Made by a program: the position numbers and the translations under genes. DNA of 64,000 nt from a virus: positions 51,202-115,201 of IMG/VR virus record IMGVR_UViG_3300023174_000087; one strand, given 5' to 3'. Position 1 is the first letter of the stretch. Each line of letters opens with the position of its first letter. Below the pieces are notes generated by a model. That model made no database searches. It worked only from the letters and a program-made list of their open reading frames with translations, and was not told where the DNA came from. Shown here one piece after another: positions 11,453-22,262 of the stretch.

Positions 11453-11896
11453 ATGGCAAAAATTCCTGTACCTGACCGTGGTCAACCACTAGATGTTTCT
11501 TATATTTCTACATTAGCAGAAGCAGTTAATAGCCTTTCAGAGCAGATCACCCCAGCACTGTACAAGTATGTAACAGTAGACACTCCAAATGTCGGCAAGC
11601 AAAGTGTGAAGGCTTCTGAAGCACGTATTTTGGGTGGGTATGTAGAAGTTGTTAACAGTGCAGCAAAAACAAAAGGAGATACTGTAGCATTCTCATATGA
11701 TTTTGCAACAGATTTTAAGTATGCCCCGATTGCAACAGCAACACCTGTAAATATTGGAAATACATCTGCAGGTAAAAATGTTTCAGTAGTTTTAAAAACA
11801 GTAACGACATCAAAGGTTGAGGGTGTTGTTATTTTTAATGAAACTGGTGACCTAACAGTTGGAGTCAATCTAATAGTTGTTGGAATTCCTAATTAA
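11453..11896 (+). CDS. Putative tail fibre-associated protein
   Basis: C-terminal beta domain (FATDFKYAPIATAT) reminiscent of H-lectin/gp53-like tail-fibre ends. Confidence 0.4.
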   Translation: MAKIPVPDRGQPLDVSYISTLAEAVNSLSEQITPALYKYVTVDTPNVGKQSVKASEARILGGYVEVVNSAAKTKGDTVAFSYDFATDFKYAPIATATPVNIGNTSAGKNVSVVLKTVTTSKVEGVVIFNETGDLTVGVNLIVVGIPN

Positions 11897-12087
11897 TGCT
11901 AAGATGCGACAAATGCAAAGGAAGAATGTTTCTTGATAGACAATACAGTAGCCCAGGTCATCTAGAATCTTACTGCATGATGTGTGGCAATAGAAGATTC
12001 TTTAATCCACCACAGAATTCATCGGAGGGAAGATGGCTCTTAAAAAAGGAAGTATCCAGAGCGAAGGCTACAATCTCGCCCCTGTAA
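11896..12087 (+). CDS. Small zinc-ribbon protein
   Basis: CDKC...CMMC. Confidence 0.6.
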   Translation: MLRCDKCKGRMFLDRQYSSPGHLESYCMMCGNRRFFNPPQNSSEGRWLLKKEVSRAKATISPL

Positions 12088-12575
12088 TCCCAGGTAATAA
12101 AAAAGTTTGGTTTCTTAATGGAGACCTTGTTAGAGTTCATCACCTAAATAGATCTAATGGGATAATGTCTGTTTATAACATTACAAAAGATCAAATTGAA
12201 AGTTGCTTAATTGGTGATTTTAAGAAAAAAAGAGAAAGAGCATATACTGTTGGTGAAACTGCTACTCTTGTGAATAGACATAAAAAATATATGCCATCAT
12301 TAATGAAACGAGGAATCATTCCTTTTCCCACTGGGTCTCAAAAGGGAGGGGCAAGGGGATTTCAAGTAAGATCATACTATTCAGAATCACAAGTAAGGGC
12401 TATACGTGATATACTTGCTACGTACCATATTGGAAGACCAAGAAAAGATAATTTAATAACAAATGACATGACGCCAAGTGTGCAAGAGTTGACAAGGCGT
12501 ATGGGAGACGGTATACTTACATATGTAAGAACTGAAGATGGACGATTCATTCCAGTGTGGTCTGAGTCTATTTAA
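12033..12575 (+). CDS. Putative MerR-like HTH DNA-binding protein
   Basis: YTVGETATLVNRH...RGIIP...RSYYSESQV pattern. Confidence 0.55.
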   Translation: MALKKGSIQSEGYNLAPVIPGNKKVWFLNGDLVRVHHLNRSNGIMSVYNITKDQIESCLIGDFKKKRERAYTVGETATLVNRHKKYMPSLMKRGIIPFPTGSQKGGARGFQVRSYYSESQVRAIRDILATYHIGRPRKDNLITNDMTPSVQELTRRMGDGILTYVRTEDGRFIPVWSESI

Positions 12576-12588
12576 CGAAGGGTATAAA

Positions 12589-12798
12589 ATGGAAAATGAT
12601 TTAACTAAGGTATCCGTAACACTAGGATATACACTCAATTTAGGAAATTTTCAGTCTTTGAGACTTGATCTTGGAGTTATTGATTCCAAGCGTGATGGTG
12701 AAAATACAGAGCAGGCTTTTGAGCGTGTATATAAGTTTGTTGAAGACAAACTAACTGATAAGATTAAAGAAGCGCAGTTAGAAGCATCTGATTCATAA
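12589..12798 (+). CDS. Hypothetical protein
   Basis: GYTLNLGNFQSLRLD; SD-like GAAGGG upstream. Confidence 0.6.
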   Translation: MENDLTKVSVTLGYTLNLGNFQSLRLDLGVIDSKRDGENTEQAFERVYKFVEDKLTDKIKEAQLEASDS

Positions 12799-13109
12799 TG
12801 GCAGAACGCAAAGACCGAATGGCTTTGCTTTCACGCTACAGCAAGTTACATACTGCAAAGTATGAGCAAAAGCCATCACTAAATCTTAATGTGGAGCAAT
12901 GGGCTTCCGATGCACTTATTGAATCATATGGAATTGGAGCCTGCTACGATGTTCTTGACTATTACTTTAGTGTTGCTCAGTCTCCCTCTTGGAATTACTT
13001 TGCATACAATACAGAAAAAATATTACAAGCAAGACTAGATAAACAACAAGATGATAAAGAAAGAGCAGAGCGTAGACAAATGGCAAAGGAGTGGTTGAAG
13101 AGTGAATGA
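12798..13109 (+). CDS. Hypothetical protein upstream of the helicase
   Basis: Coupled ORF, 103 aa. Confidence 0.6.
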   Translation: MAERKDRMALLSRYSKLHTAKYEQKPSLNLNVEQWASDALIESYGIGACYDVLDYYFSVAQSPSWNYFAYNTEKILQARLDKQQDDKERAERRQMAKEWLKSE

Positions 13110-14322
13110 TACAGAGGCAAAATTAATTTCAGCAGTCCTAAATGATAAACAGGTTCATGTTCTTCTTCAAGCAAATGTCGATAATCTTTTAAGAACCCAT
13201 ACAGACGTATGGACATTTATTAGAAATTATTTTGAGGCTAATTCTGCAGTACCACCAACAAACCTTGTTGTTGAAAAGTTTCGTGACTTTCAGCCAATCT
13301 CTGGTGTTGGAGCAACAAAGCATCACTTAGAAGAACTTCAAACAGAATACCTAAATGATAGTTTAAAAGATATTCTTAGAAATGCTGCAGGAGAAGTTCA
13401 ACAAGGACAGGGTACAAAAGCATTAGACGAACTAATTACAAAAACATCAGAATTAAAAAAGAATACATCTGCTATTCGTGATATTGATGTTACAGACCTA
13501 GAGTCTGCAATAGCCTATTTTGAAAACATGAAAGAACAACAGGCACTTGGCAAGGTTGGAATTAAAACTAACTTACCAGGTTTTGATAACTACTTACCAG
13601 CAGGAATTATGCCAGGGCAGTTAGGAGTCTTTTTAGCATACCCAGGTATAGGAAAGTCATGGATGGCCTTATACTTTGCTGTACAGGCCTGGAAACAGGG
13701 TAAGACACCCCTTGTAATTTCACTTGAGATGTCAGAAACAGAAGTTCGTAATCGTGTTTTTACAATTATGGGTGAGGGTCTTTGGTCACATAGAAAGATA
13801 TCTAATGGGGAGATTGAGTTAGATATGTTGAAGTCGTGGCATGCTAAAAATCTTCAAGGAAAACCAGAGTTTCATATTATCTCAAATGATCAAGGTGGAG
13901 AAATAAACCCATCGGTTCTCCGTGGAAAAATTGATCAATATAAACCAGATTTTGTTATTGTTGATTACCTACAGTTAATGGCTCCAAATCAAAAGTCAGA
14001 CAATGAAACAGTACGAATGAAAAACCTTTCACGAGAACTCAAACTTATGGCTATTGGTGAAGAGGTTCCTATTATTGCTATCTCATCTGCAACTCCTGAT
14101 GATGTTAATGATCTTAGTGGTGTCCCAACACTTGGACAAACTGCTTGGTCAAGACAGATTGCATATGATGCAGACTGGGTAATTGCACTGGGTCGTGCTA
14201 CAAATAGCGATATTATTGAGTGTGCTTTTAGAAAAAACCGTAATGGATTTATGGGGGACTTTCTTGTCCAGGTGGACTTTGATAGAGGGTATTATAGATA
14301 TAAAGATTTTGAAGATAAGTAG
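13102..14322 (+). CDS. dnaB: Replicative DNA helicase (DnaB family)
   Basis: Walker A AYPGIGKS, ISLEMS, VIVDYLQLM, YDAD, KNRNG. Confidence 0.93.
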   Translation: MNDTEAKLISAVLNDKQVHVLLQANVDNLLRTHTDVWTFIRNYFEANSAVPPTNLVVEKFRDFQPISGVGATKHHLEELQTEYLNDSLKDILRNAAGEVQQGQGTKALDELITKTSELKKNTSAIRDIDVTDLESAIAYFENMKEQQALGKVGIKTNLPGFDNYLPAGIMPGQLGVFLAYPGIGKSWMALYFAVQAWKQGKTPLVISLEMSETEVRNRVFTIMGEGLWSHRKISNGEIELDMLKSWHAKNLQGKPEFHIISNDQGGEINPSVLRGKIDQYKPDFVIVDYLQLMAPNQKSDNETVRMKNLSRELKLMAIGEEVPIIAISSATPDDVNDLSGVPTLGQTAWSRQIAYDADWVIALGRATNSDIIECAFRKNRNGFMGDFLVQVDFDRGYYRYKDFEDK

Positions 14323-14334
14323 TTATAATGTGAT

Positions 14335-14661
14335 ATGGAAAACTATCACCATAAGACTATAAAAAGGTTTAACCTTAACGGCATCATTCAGGATGAGGCT
14401 AGACTTGGTAGACTAAAAAATGAATACATTAGGTTGATAGAATCAGAAATGAGACTATCTGGATATGTACCAAGGCTTGACATAGAACCAGATTTTACGA
14501 TAGACTATAATGAAAGAAAGAAATATTTTGAGTTTGAATTAACATTATACGGGGTTCACATAGGGAGAAAGAAAAGCGAATGGATAGTAGGAATAGACGG
14601 AGCAAGACCAATAGTTACACTACAGAACAGATCAAAAGAGTTCTCACAGGAACAGGCGTAA
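14335..14661 (+). CDS. Hypothetical protein
   Basis: ORF with TATAAT 5 nt upstream of ATG. Confidence 0.55.
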   Translation: MENYHHKTIKRFNLNGIIQDEARLGRLKNEYIRLIESEMRLSGYVPRLDIEPDFTIDYNERKKYFEFELTLYGVHIGRKKSEWIVGIDGARPIVTLQNRSKEFSQEQA

Positions 14662-15524
14662 CTATTGAGTCTGAGGTAGACTCCGATTATATAATTTTTT
14701 GTCCATTCCACAATAATAATAGAACACCTGCTGGTGAAATAGATAAAAGCAATGGAACGTTTTTTTGTTTTTCTTGCCACCATATTGCTGATTTAATTGA
14801 GTTTGTTATGCATATGTCTGGGCGAACATATTTTGAGGCTATTAGATTTATAAAAAGCAAAGAGGTTGAGGGCAACCTAGAAAGAGATATTAACAAGGCT
14901 TTTATTGTTAAGCCAGACTTTGTTACGTATGACGAATTAATATTAAAGCGTTTGTATAATAATTTAGTAACATCCGATAGAGCAAAAGATTACTTTAACT
15001 ATAGAAAAATCAACATCCAGTCTTGGTCAAAATTTTCTTTGGGTTATTCTGAAAAACAAGATATGGTTACCGTTCCAGTGCATAGTCCAGATGGAATGCC
15101 AATCGGATTTGTTGGCAGATCAATTGAGGGTAAAGAGTTTAAGAATACTCCAGGTTTGCCTAAATCAAAAACATTGTTTAATCTTCACAGAGTAAAAACA
15201 TCAAACAAGGTTTATGTTGTTGAATCTTCTTTTGATGCTATAAGGCTTGATCAGGTGGGTATTCCAGCAATTGCAACTTTAGGATCTAATGTTTCAAATA
15301 CACAGATAGAATTATTGCAAAAATGTTTTAATGATATAATTATAGTTGCAGATAATGATGAGGCTGGTGGTAATATGAAAACAAAAATAATTGAAAAACT
15401 TGGGTCTCGTGTGTCTGTAATACAGTTAGACAGTAAATATAAAGACATTGGCGACATGGAAGATTCTGCAATAATTAAATTAGAAAGCGATTTTACTAAA
15501 GATATTGTGGCCATGTTAAAATGA
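14580..15524 (+). CDS. dnaG: DNA primase (Zn-finger plus TOPRIM)
   Basis: CPFH...CFSC; VVESSFDA; ADNDEAG; KDIGD. Confidence 0.92.
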   Translation: MDSRNRRSKTNSYTTEQIKRVLTGTGVTIESEVDSDYIIFCPFHNNNRTPAGEIDKSNGTFFCFSCHHIADLIEFVMHMSGRTYFEAIRFIKSKEVEGNLERDINKAFIVKPDFVTYDELILKRLYNNLVTSDRAKDYFNYRKINIQSWSKFSLGYSEKQDMVTVPVHSPDGMPIGFVGRSIEGKEFKNTPGLPKSKTLFNLHRVKTSNKVYVVESSFDAIRLDQVGIPAIATLGSNVSNTQIELLQKCFNDIIIVADNDEAGGNMKTKIIEKLGSRVSVIQLDSKYKDIGDMEDSAIIKLESDFTKDIVAMLK

Positions 15525-15814
15525 AAAATAAAGCACAATGGTTTTTACCTATAAAAAATATGAAAAATAAAACATATTGGAATAAACCAAATACTGTTGA
15601 ATTTTTTGCTTTTGCTACAAAGTTAGTTATTATTTTTCCAGGTTTGCTTTTTGGTAAACAAATTTGGTGGCTTTATATTTTTGCACTAGCGTCAAGCCTA
15701 TCTCTTATTTGGTCTTCAACAATAAAAACTTTGCCATCTATTATTTTATTTAATATTGGTTGGTCTATCCTTGCTACTTTAGCAATTTTAAAACACTTTG
15801 GAGCAATACTATGA
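15521..15814 (+). CDS. Small membrane protein
   Basis: Three hydrophobic segments; ATGA overlaps on both sides. Confidence 0.6.
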   Translation: MKNKAQWFLPIKNMKNKTYWNKPNTVEFFAFATKLVIIFPGLLFGKQIWWLYIFALASSLSLIWSSTIKTLPSIILFNIGWSILATLAILKHFGAIL

Positions 15815-17331
15815 ACATTGTGGTGTTGGGGGGAGGGACTGCTGGATACATAAGTGCGTTAGCATTTAAAAAAAGATATCCAAACTATAATATAAAAATA
15901 GTTGATAGTTCAAAAATTGGAATTATTGGTGTTGGGGAATCAACAACCCCTCAGTTTGAAACAATGATCAAATATTTAGATTTGCCAATGAATGAATTTA
16001 TATCTGAAACTGGCGCAACTATTAAAAATGGTATAAAATTTACAAATTGGACAAATAACAAGCCACATTATTTTCATCCTTTCTATCAATATGTAGATAT
16101 GGATTATGTAACATATTTAGATAATGTTATGAAACAAAAAAACAAAGATAGTTTGGATTATACGTATAGAGATTTTAAGTTAAATGCTAATAAAGACTTT
16201 GTGCCTGTAATTATTAATGCACTATTGCTAGATGGAAACTTAGATAAAGTAAACCTACAAACAGAACTAAGTTATGAAAATAAAGTTTTAGATTCGGCAT
16301 ATGCTTGGCATATTGATGCAGCCCTAGTGATTAACTTTTTTAGAAAACATGCTAAGATAAGAGGCATTGATGTTATAGACGATGTACTCTTGAATGCAGA
16401 ATCAGATAATAGTGGCAATATTACAAAATTAATTTTAGAAAAACAGATTTTAAATTTAGACTTTGTTATAGATTGTTCTGGATTTTCTAGACTGCTTATT
16501 GGAAAACATTTTGATTCTGAACTTACCTATGTTTCAGATAGTTTGCCATGTGACAGTGGCATTGCTTTCCAGATGGATGGAGACCCAGTTCCATATACAG
16601 AAGCAATAGCAATGAATTATGGCTGGGCATGGAAGATACCTTTGCAACATAGGTATGGTTGTGGTTATATTTATGACTCAAAATACATTAATGATGAAGA
16701 TGCATTAGATGAAATTAAAAATAAGTTTGGCAATAACATACGTGTAATGAAAAACTATAAATTCAAGGCTGGATACTATAAAAAGCCTTGGGTAAATAAT
16801 TGTTTGGCTGTAGGAGTCGCAGCAAGTTTTTTTGAGCCACTAGAAGCAACATCACTTTTAAATTCAACAACCATGATTGAAATATTTTTAAAAGAATATT
16901 TTGATGAATACATAAAAGATAAAAAGAGTGTAGATTTAAATAAGTATAATAATTTAATTGAGCATAGGAATGAACACTTAAAGGCTTTTTTATATTTACA
17001 CTATACAACCAATAAAATAAATACTCCTTTTTGGAAAGACTTTAATCATTTAAATAAAATTCCAGAAATATTAATTTCTTTTATGGATGATATGAAAAAT
17101 CAATTTTATTCAAATAGTTTAATAGAAAAACGAGGTTCCATTTTTGGTTGGAGCAACTGGGCATCTGTTTATTTTGGCAATGAACTTTATGATTCAAGCC
17201 TGCTTAGTGATCAACTTGACAAAGATGGTGTAACAAGGTACAATATAATAAGAGAAAGAATAAATAAGTCAAAAAACTTAGGTATTCCAATTAAAGAATA
17301 TATAAACACACTAACAAAAAAAGGAGAATAA
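15811..17331 (+). CDS. Flavin-dependent halogenase (tryptophan halogenase family)
   Basis: GGGTAG FAD motif, GVGEST, TIKNGIKF (Lys at the catalytic position), IDCSGF, GWAWKIPL (WxWxIP), FFEPLEATS. Confidence 0.9.
   Translation: MNIVVLGGGTAGYISALAFKKRYPNYNIKIVDSSKIGIIGVGESTTPQFETMIKYLDLPMNEFISETGATIKNGIKFTNWTNNKPHYFHPFYQYVDMDYVTYLDNVMKQKNKDSLDYTYRDFKLNANKDFVPVIINALLLDGNLDKVNLQTELSYENKVLDSAYAWHIDAALVINFFRKHAKIRGIDVIDDVLLNAESDNSGNITKLILEKQILNLDFVIDCSGFSRLLIGKHFDSELTYVSDSLPCDSGIAFQMDGDPVPYTEAIAMNYGWAWKIPLQHRYGCGYIYDSKYINDEDALDEIKNKFGNNIRVMKNYKFKAGYYKKPWVNNCLAVGVAASFFEPLEATSLLNSTTMIEIFLKEYFDEYIKDKKSVDLNKYNNLIEHRNEHLKAFLYLHYTTNKINTPFWKDFNHLNKIPEILISFMDDMKNQFYSNSLIEKRGSIFGWSNWASVYFGNELYDSSLLSDQLDKDGVTRYNIIRERINKSKNLGIPIKEYINTLTKKGE
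17216..17244 (+). promoter_or_regulatory. Sigma70-type promoter inside the halogenase 3' end, facing ssb/dnaE
   Basis: TTGACA-17 nt-TACAAT. Confidence 0.55.
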
Positions 17332-17332
17332 T

Positions 17333-17986
17333 ATGAGCGTAATTAAGGGATTAAAAGATATCAACGCCCTGCTCGAAAAACCAAAGTATGAAGGAACAGG
17401 GCAAAAGGTTCGTTGGGTAAAGTTAGCCGATGGACAATCAGCAAAGGTTAGATTTGTTGAAGAACTAGATCAAGATTCAGCACACTATGCAGAGGCTCGT
17501 GGTCTTTCTGTTGTAGTTGCAGAACATACAAACCCAAAGGACTATAAGCGCAAGGCTGCATGCACAATGGAATCAGAGGGCCGTTGCTTTGGTTGTGAGA
17601 TGGCAAAGAAAGAACCAAAATCAGGTTGGAGAGCACGACTTCGCTTCTATTGTAATGTATTGATCAATGATGGAACAGAAGATGCTTATATTGCTGTTTG
17701 GTCACAAGGCATTTCAAAGCAATCTGCATTTAATAATATTCGTGAATATGCACTTGACACAGGTAGCATTTCAAATCTTGAGTGGAAGTTAAAGCGCAAT
17801 GGTCAGGGAACTGAAACAAACTACACACTTCTTCCAAGTAAGCCAGATACAGAGCCATTCACTTGGGATGGCTTTGAATATTTCAACCTAGAAAAGGTTG
17901 TCCGTGAGGTTCCTTACCCAGAGCAAGAAGCATTTTACTTTGGGTTTGATACTCCTTCTGTTACCAGCACCAACATCGACTGGTAA
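17333..17986 (+). CDS. Single-stranded DNA-binding protein (gp32-like)
   Basis: Zn ligands H..C..CFGC; KRNGQGTETNYTL; acidic/aromatic C-terminus (NIDW); strong SD AAGGAG. Confidence 0.7.
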   Translation: MSVIKGLKDINALLEKPKYEGTGQKVRWVKLADGQSAKVRFVEELDQDSAHYAEARGLSVVVAEHTNPKDYKRKAACTMESEGRCFGCEMAKKEPKSGWRARLRFYCNVLINDGTEDAYIAVWSQGISKQSAFNNIREYALDTGSISNLEWKLKRNGQGTETNYTLLPSKPDTEPFTWDGFEYFNLEKVVREVPYPEQEAFYFGFDTPSVTSTNIDW

Positions 17987-17989
17987 TAG

Positions 17990-20900
17990 ATGTCTTACGT
18001 AGGCTTACACGTACATACTCACTACTCGTTATTTGACGGGATTGCTACTCCAGAAGAATACATTGACCGTGCAGTTGAGTTAGGGATGACAGCAATTGCC
18101 ATCACTGACCACGGTACTTTATCTGGGCATAGGGAACTGCACCGTATTGCAAAAGCAAAGGGTATTAAGCCTATACTTGGTGTAGAAGGCTATATGTGTC
18201 AGGATAGATTTGATACAAGAGATAAGTCGGAAAGAGACGGCGATCTTGATTTAATTTATAACCATATAGTCCTTCTCGCCAAGAATCAAATTGGTTTAGA
18301 GAATCTAAATAAAATTAATGAAATTGCATGGACAGAGGGTTTTTTCAAGAAACCAAGGTTTGATTTTGAGATACTAAAAAAGTATTCAGAAGGAATTATT
18401 GTAACATCAGCATGTCCAAGTAGCGTACTTGTAAAAGCACTTGAGAACAATGAGTTTGCTATTGCAAAAAAGCATATTGAATGGTTTAAGCGTGTATTTA
18501 ATGATGACTACTACATTGAAGTAATGCCTCACAATCCTGCAGAAATTAATAAACAATTAATTGCTTTAGCAGATGAGTTTGGTGTTCAAGTTGTTGTTAC
18601 TCCTGACTGTCATCACAGTTCAACAGATCAAAAAGAAATACAGGAGTTTAAACTTCTTTTGAATACACATGTAAAGATTGACAAAGAACATACTTTTGAA
18701 AAATCTAAAAAGCACACAGACATGATGAAGCGTCTTGATTATTTGTACGGAGAAGACCGTCAGATTACTTTTAATAAGTTTGATATTCACCTTCTTTCTT
18801 ATGAAGAAATGAAGGCTGCAATGGAAGCACAAGGTGTTGACCGCCCAGATATTTATTCTAATACATTATCTATTGCTGATAAGGTAGGGGATTATGGAAT
18901 TCAAGAAGGATTAGATCTTTTACCAGTTCAATACAAGAACCCAGATAAAGAACTTAAAGAATTAGCCCTTGTTGGATTAAAAGAACGAGGAGTAGATTCA
19001 CAAGAATATCTAGATAGATTAGATGAAGAACTAAAAGTAATTAAAGATAAAAAGTTTGCACCTTACTTTTTGGTTGTTAGAAGCATGATTAACTGGGCTA
19101 AAAAAGAAGATATTATGGTTGGACCAGGCCGTGGATCTGCTGCAGGTTCATTGTTGTGTTATGCACTAAATATAACAGACATTGATCCAATAAAGCATGG
19201 TCTTTTGTTTTTCCGTTTTATTAACCCAGATCGTAACGACTTTCCAGATATTGATACTGATATCCAAGACACTCGTCGTGAAGAGGTAAAAGATTATTTG
19301 GTTAGACAGTATCGACATGTTGCATCTATTGCTACTTTTTTATCATTTAAGGATAAAGGAGTAGTAAGAGATGTTGCACGAGTTCTTAATATTCCACTTC
19401 CAGATGTAAACAAAGTATTAAAGTTGGTTGATACATGGGATGATTTTTGCAACTCAAAATCAACAAGGGAGTTTCGTGAAAAATATCCAGAGGTAGAAGT
19501 TTATGGAGAACAACTGCGTGGTCGAATTAGAGGTACTGGCATTCATGCTGCTGGTGTTGTAACTAGCAAAGAACCAATTTTTAGATTTGCTCCAATGGAA
19601 ACTAGATCTGTTACTGGCCAAGATGGAAGAATTCCTGTTGTTGCTGTTGATATGGAAGAGGCAGAGAAAATTGGATTAATTAAAATTGATGCATTAGGAT
19701 TAAAAACTCTTTCAGTGCTAAAGGACACCCTTGACATCATTAAAGAAAGAGATGGTAAAAAGATTGATCTTCTTAATATTAGTATGGACGATGCAAATGT
19801 ATATCAAATGCTTTCTGATGGATACACAAAGGGTGTGTTTCAGTGTGAAGCAGCACCATATACAAATCTTTTAGTTAAAATGGGTGTAAAAAACCTTTCA
19901 GAACTTGCTGCATCTAATGCACTTGTTCGTCCAGGTGCAATGAATACTATCGGTAAAGACTATGTTGCTATTAAGCATGGTCGCCAAAATCCAGATTATA
20001 AGCATCAAGTAATCAAATCATTTACGGAGGAAACCTATGGTTGTATTCTTTACCAAGAACAGGTTATGCAAGCATGCGTACAACTTGGTGGTATGTCCAT
20101 GTCGGAAGCAGATAAAGTTAGAAAGATCATTGGAAAGAAAAAAGATGCTAAAGAGTTTGATATCTTTAAGGATCAGTTCGTTAAAGGGGCTTCTCAATAC
20201 ATTTCGCCGAATCAAGCCCTAGATTTGTGGCACGACTTTGAGGCTCACGCAGGGTATTCATTTAACAAGTCACACGCCGTAGCATATTCAACACTATCAT
20301 ATTGGACAGCATGGTTAAAGTACCACTATCCACTAGAGTTTATGTATTCACTATTAAAAAATGAAAAGGATAAAGATGCACGTACTGAGTACCTTATTGA
20401 GGCAAAAAGAATGGGGATTGTTATTAAATTACCTCATATTAATGATTCCGATATTGATTTTAAAATTGAGGGTAAGGGCATTAGGTTTGGTCTTACTGGT
20501 ATTAAATACATTTCCGACAAGATTGCAGAAAGATATATTGCTTCTAGACCTTTCTCTACGTATGCTGAAGTTGAAGCGTTTACATTTACAAAAGGAAATG
20601 GCGTTAACTCTCGTGCTCTTCAAGCATTACGAGTTGTCGGAGCAACGACTTTTAATGACAATCCAAGAAACGATCAAGAGATTAAAGAAAATATCTACGA
20701 ATATTTAAATCTACCAGAATTTAACATAACAGTTCCATCTCATTATCATGCATTTATAACTGATACAGAAGACTATGAAGAAAAAGGTTCTTTTATTTTA
20801 ATGGGTATGGTAAAATCTATTAAAAGAGCAAAGGGTTGGTCAAGAGTAGAACTACTAGACAAAACAGGAAGCATAGGTGTATTTGATGATGAAAACACAA

Positions 20901-21262
20901 CTATCGAGGCTGGTACTTCGTATATCATTCTTGCTAATGATAATAGGATTTTATCTGCTGTGCCTGTTGATTCAATAAAGACTGCTGATAGCGCATTGAT
21001 TAAATTTTTAAACTATAAGATGTTGCCATATAAAGATGATGACATGTTTGTTGTATCATTTAAACCAAGAATTACTAAAAATGGTAAGAAGATGGCATCT
21101 CTTACACTTGCAGATGCTTCAAGAGATTTACATTCCGTTACTGTATTTCCTACAACATTTGCAAAAGCCTATATGAAACTTGAAGAGGGTAATGTGTATA
21201 AATTTAGTTTTGGAAAAACAAAAGATGGAACTGTTATATTGGAGGATATAAATGTCGGTTAG
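17990..21262 (+). CDS. dnaE: DNA polymerase III alpha subunit
   Basis: PHP HVHTHYS/TDHG; GPGRGSAAGS; PDIDTD; GIHAAG; KIDALGL; FNKSHA. Confidence 0.96.
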   Translation: MSYVGLHVHTHYSLFDGIATPEEYIDRAVELGMTAIAITDHGTLSGHRELHRIAKAKGIKPILGVEGYMCQDRFDTRDKSERDGDLDLIYNHIVLLAKNQIGLENLNKINEIAWTEGFFKKPRFDFEILKKYSEGIIVTSACPSSVLVKALENNEFAIAKKHIEWFKRVFNDDYYIEVMPHNPAEINKQLIALADEFGVQVVVTPDCHHSSTDQKEIQEFKLLLNTHVKIDKEHTFEKSKKHTDMMKRLDYLYGEDRQITFNKFDIHLLSYEEMKAAMEAQGVDRPDIYSNTLSIADKVGDYGIQEGLDLLPVQYKNPDKELKELALVGLKERGVDSQEYLDRLDEELKVIKDKKFAPYFLVVRSMINWAKKEDIMVGPGRGSAAGSLLCYALNITDIDPIKHGLLFFRFINPDRNDFPDIDTDIQDTRREEVKDYLVRQYRHVASIATFLSFKDKGVVRDVARVLNIPLPDVNKVLKLVDTWDDFCNSKSTREFREKYPEVEVYGEQLRGRIRGTGIHAAGVVTSKEPIFRFAPMETRSVTGQDGRIPVVAVDMEEAEKIGLIKIDALGLKTLSVLKDTLDIIKERDGKKIDLLNISMDDANVYQMLSDGYTKGVFQCEAAPYTNLLVKMGVKNLSELAASNALVRPGAMNTIGKDYVAIKHGRQNPDYKHQVIKSFTEETYGCILYQEQVMQACVQLGGMSMSEADKVRKIIGKKKDAKEFDIFKDQFVKGASQYISPNQALDLWHDFEAHAGYSFNKSHAVAYSTLSYWTAWLKYHYPLEFMYSLLKNEKDKDARTEYLIEAKRMGIVIKLPHINDSDIDFKIEGKGIRFGLTGIKYISDKIAERYIASRPFSTYAEVEAFTFTKGNGVNSRALQALRVVGATTFNDNPRNDQEIKENIYEYLNLPEFNITVPSHYHAFITDTEDYEEKGSFILMGMVKSIKRAKGWSRVELLDKTGSIGVFDDENTTIEAGTSYIILANDNRILSAVPVDSIKTADSALIKFLNYKMLPYKDDDMFVVSFKPRITKNGKKMASLTLADASRDLHSVTVFPTTFAKAYMKLEEGNVYKFSFGKTKDGTVILEDINVG

Positions 21263-22262
21263 TATAGAGCAAGCATTAGCACAACTTGATCCAAAGTTAA
21301 GGAAAAGACTTGGAAGTGGTGTTGGTATTAATTATGAGTATCAGCCAACTCCCAGTTTTGGTTTAAATCGTGCTTTAGGTGGTGGACTTCCTTATGGTAG
21401 ACAAGTTCTTATTTGGGGTTCAAAGTCGTCTGCAAAGTCCTCCATGTGCCTTCAGATGATTGCTCTAGCACAAGCAGAAGGAAAGTTGTGTGCATGGATT
21501 GATTCAGAAATGTCATACTCAGAAGATTGGGCTAGAACTCTTGGGGTAGATCCAGAAAAATTAATCTACTCACAAGCAAGAACTATTAGCGATATGGTTG
21601 ATGTTGGTGTTGGATTAATGAATGCTGGAGTTGACTTAATTGTGGTAGACTCTATTACATCAATGCTTCCAGCAATTTATTTTGAAAAAGATACAGATGA
21701 AATGAAAGCATTAGAAAATACTAAGCAGATTGGAGCAGAGTCCCGTGACTTTAGTAATGCATGGAAAATGCTTAATTATGCTAATAACAAGGTTAAGCCT
21801 ACTCTTCTTGTTCTTATTTCCCAGTCTCGTAATAATATTAATGCTATGTATACTAGCCAGCAGCCTTCTGGTGGTCAGGCTACTAAGTTTTATTCTTCTT
21901 GCATCATTAAGTTATTTAGTTCCGAATCCGACAATCAAGCGATTAAAGGAAAAATTCAAGTAGGAGATAAACTAATTGAAGAAAAAATTGGAAGAACTAT
22001 TCGTTGGGAACTGCAATTTTCAAAAACCTCTCCAGGGTTTCAGTCTGGTGAATATGATTTTTATTTTAGAGGTGATGATATTGGTCTTGATACCATTGGT
22101 GATTTGGTTACTACCGCAGAATTAAACGGTATTGTAGAACGCACTGGTGCTTGGTACATACTACCTGATGGATCAAAAGTTCAAGGTAAAGAAGCATTTA
22201 TTAATCGTGTTAGGGAGGATCTTGATTTGCAAGAATCAATCAAGTCTAGATTGAATGCCTAG
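21252..22262 (+). CDS. recA: RecA/UvsX-like recombinase
   Basis: GGGLPYGR; GSKSSAKS; WIDSE; IVVDSI; GGQATKFYSS; GAWY. Confidence 0.92.
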   Translation: MSVSIEQALAQLDPKLRKRLGSGVGINYEYQPTPSFGLNRALGGGLPYGRQVLIWGSKSSAKSSMCLQMIALAQAEGKLCAWIDSEMSYSEDWARTLGVDPEKLIYSQARTISDMVDVGVGLMNAGVDLIVVDSITSMLPAIYFEKDTDEMKALENTKQIGAESRDFSNAWKMLNYANNKVKPTLLVLISQSRNNINAMYTSQQPSGGQATKFYSSCIIKLFSSESDNQAIKGKIQVGDKLIEEKIGRTIRWELQFSKTSPGFQSGEYDFYFRGDDIGLDTIGDLVTTAELNGIVERTGAWYILPDGSKVQGKEAFINRVREDLDLQESIKSRLNA

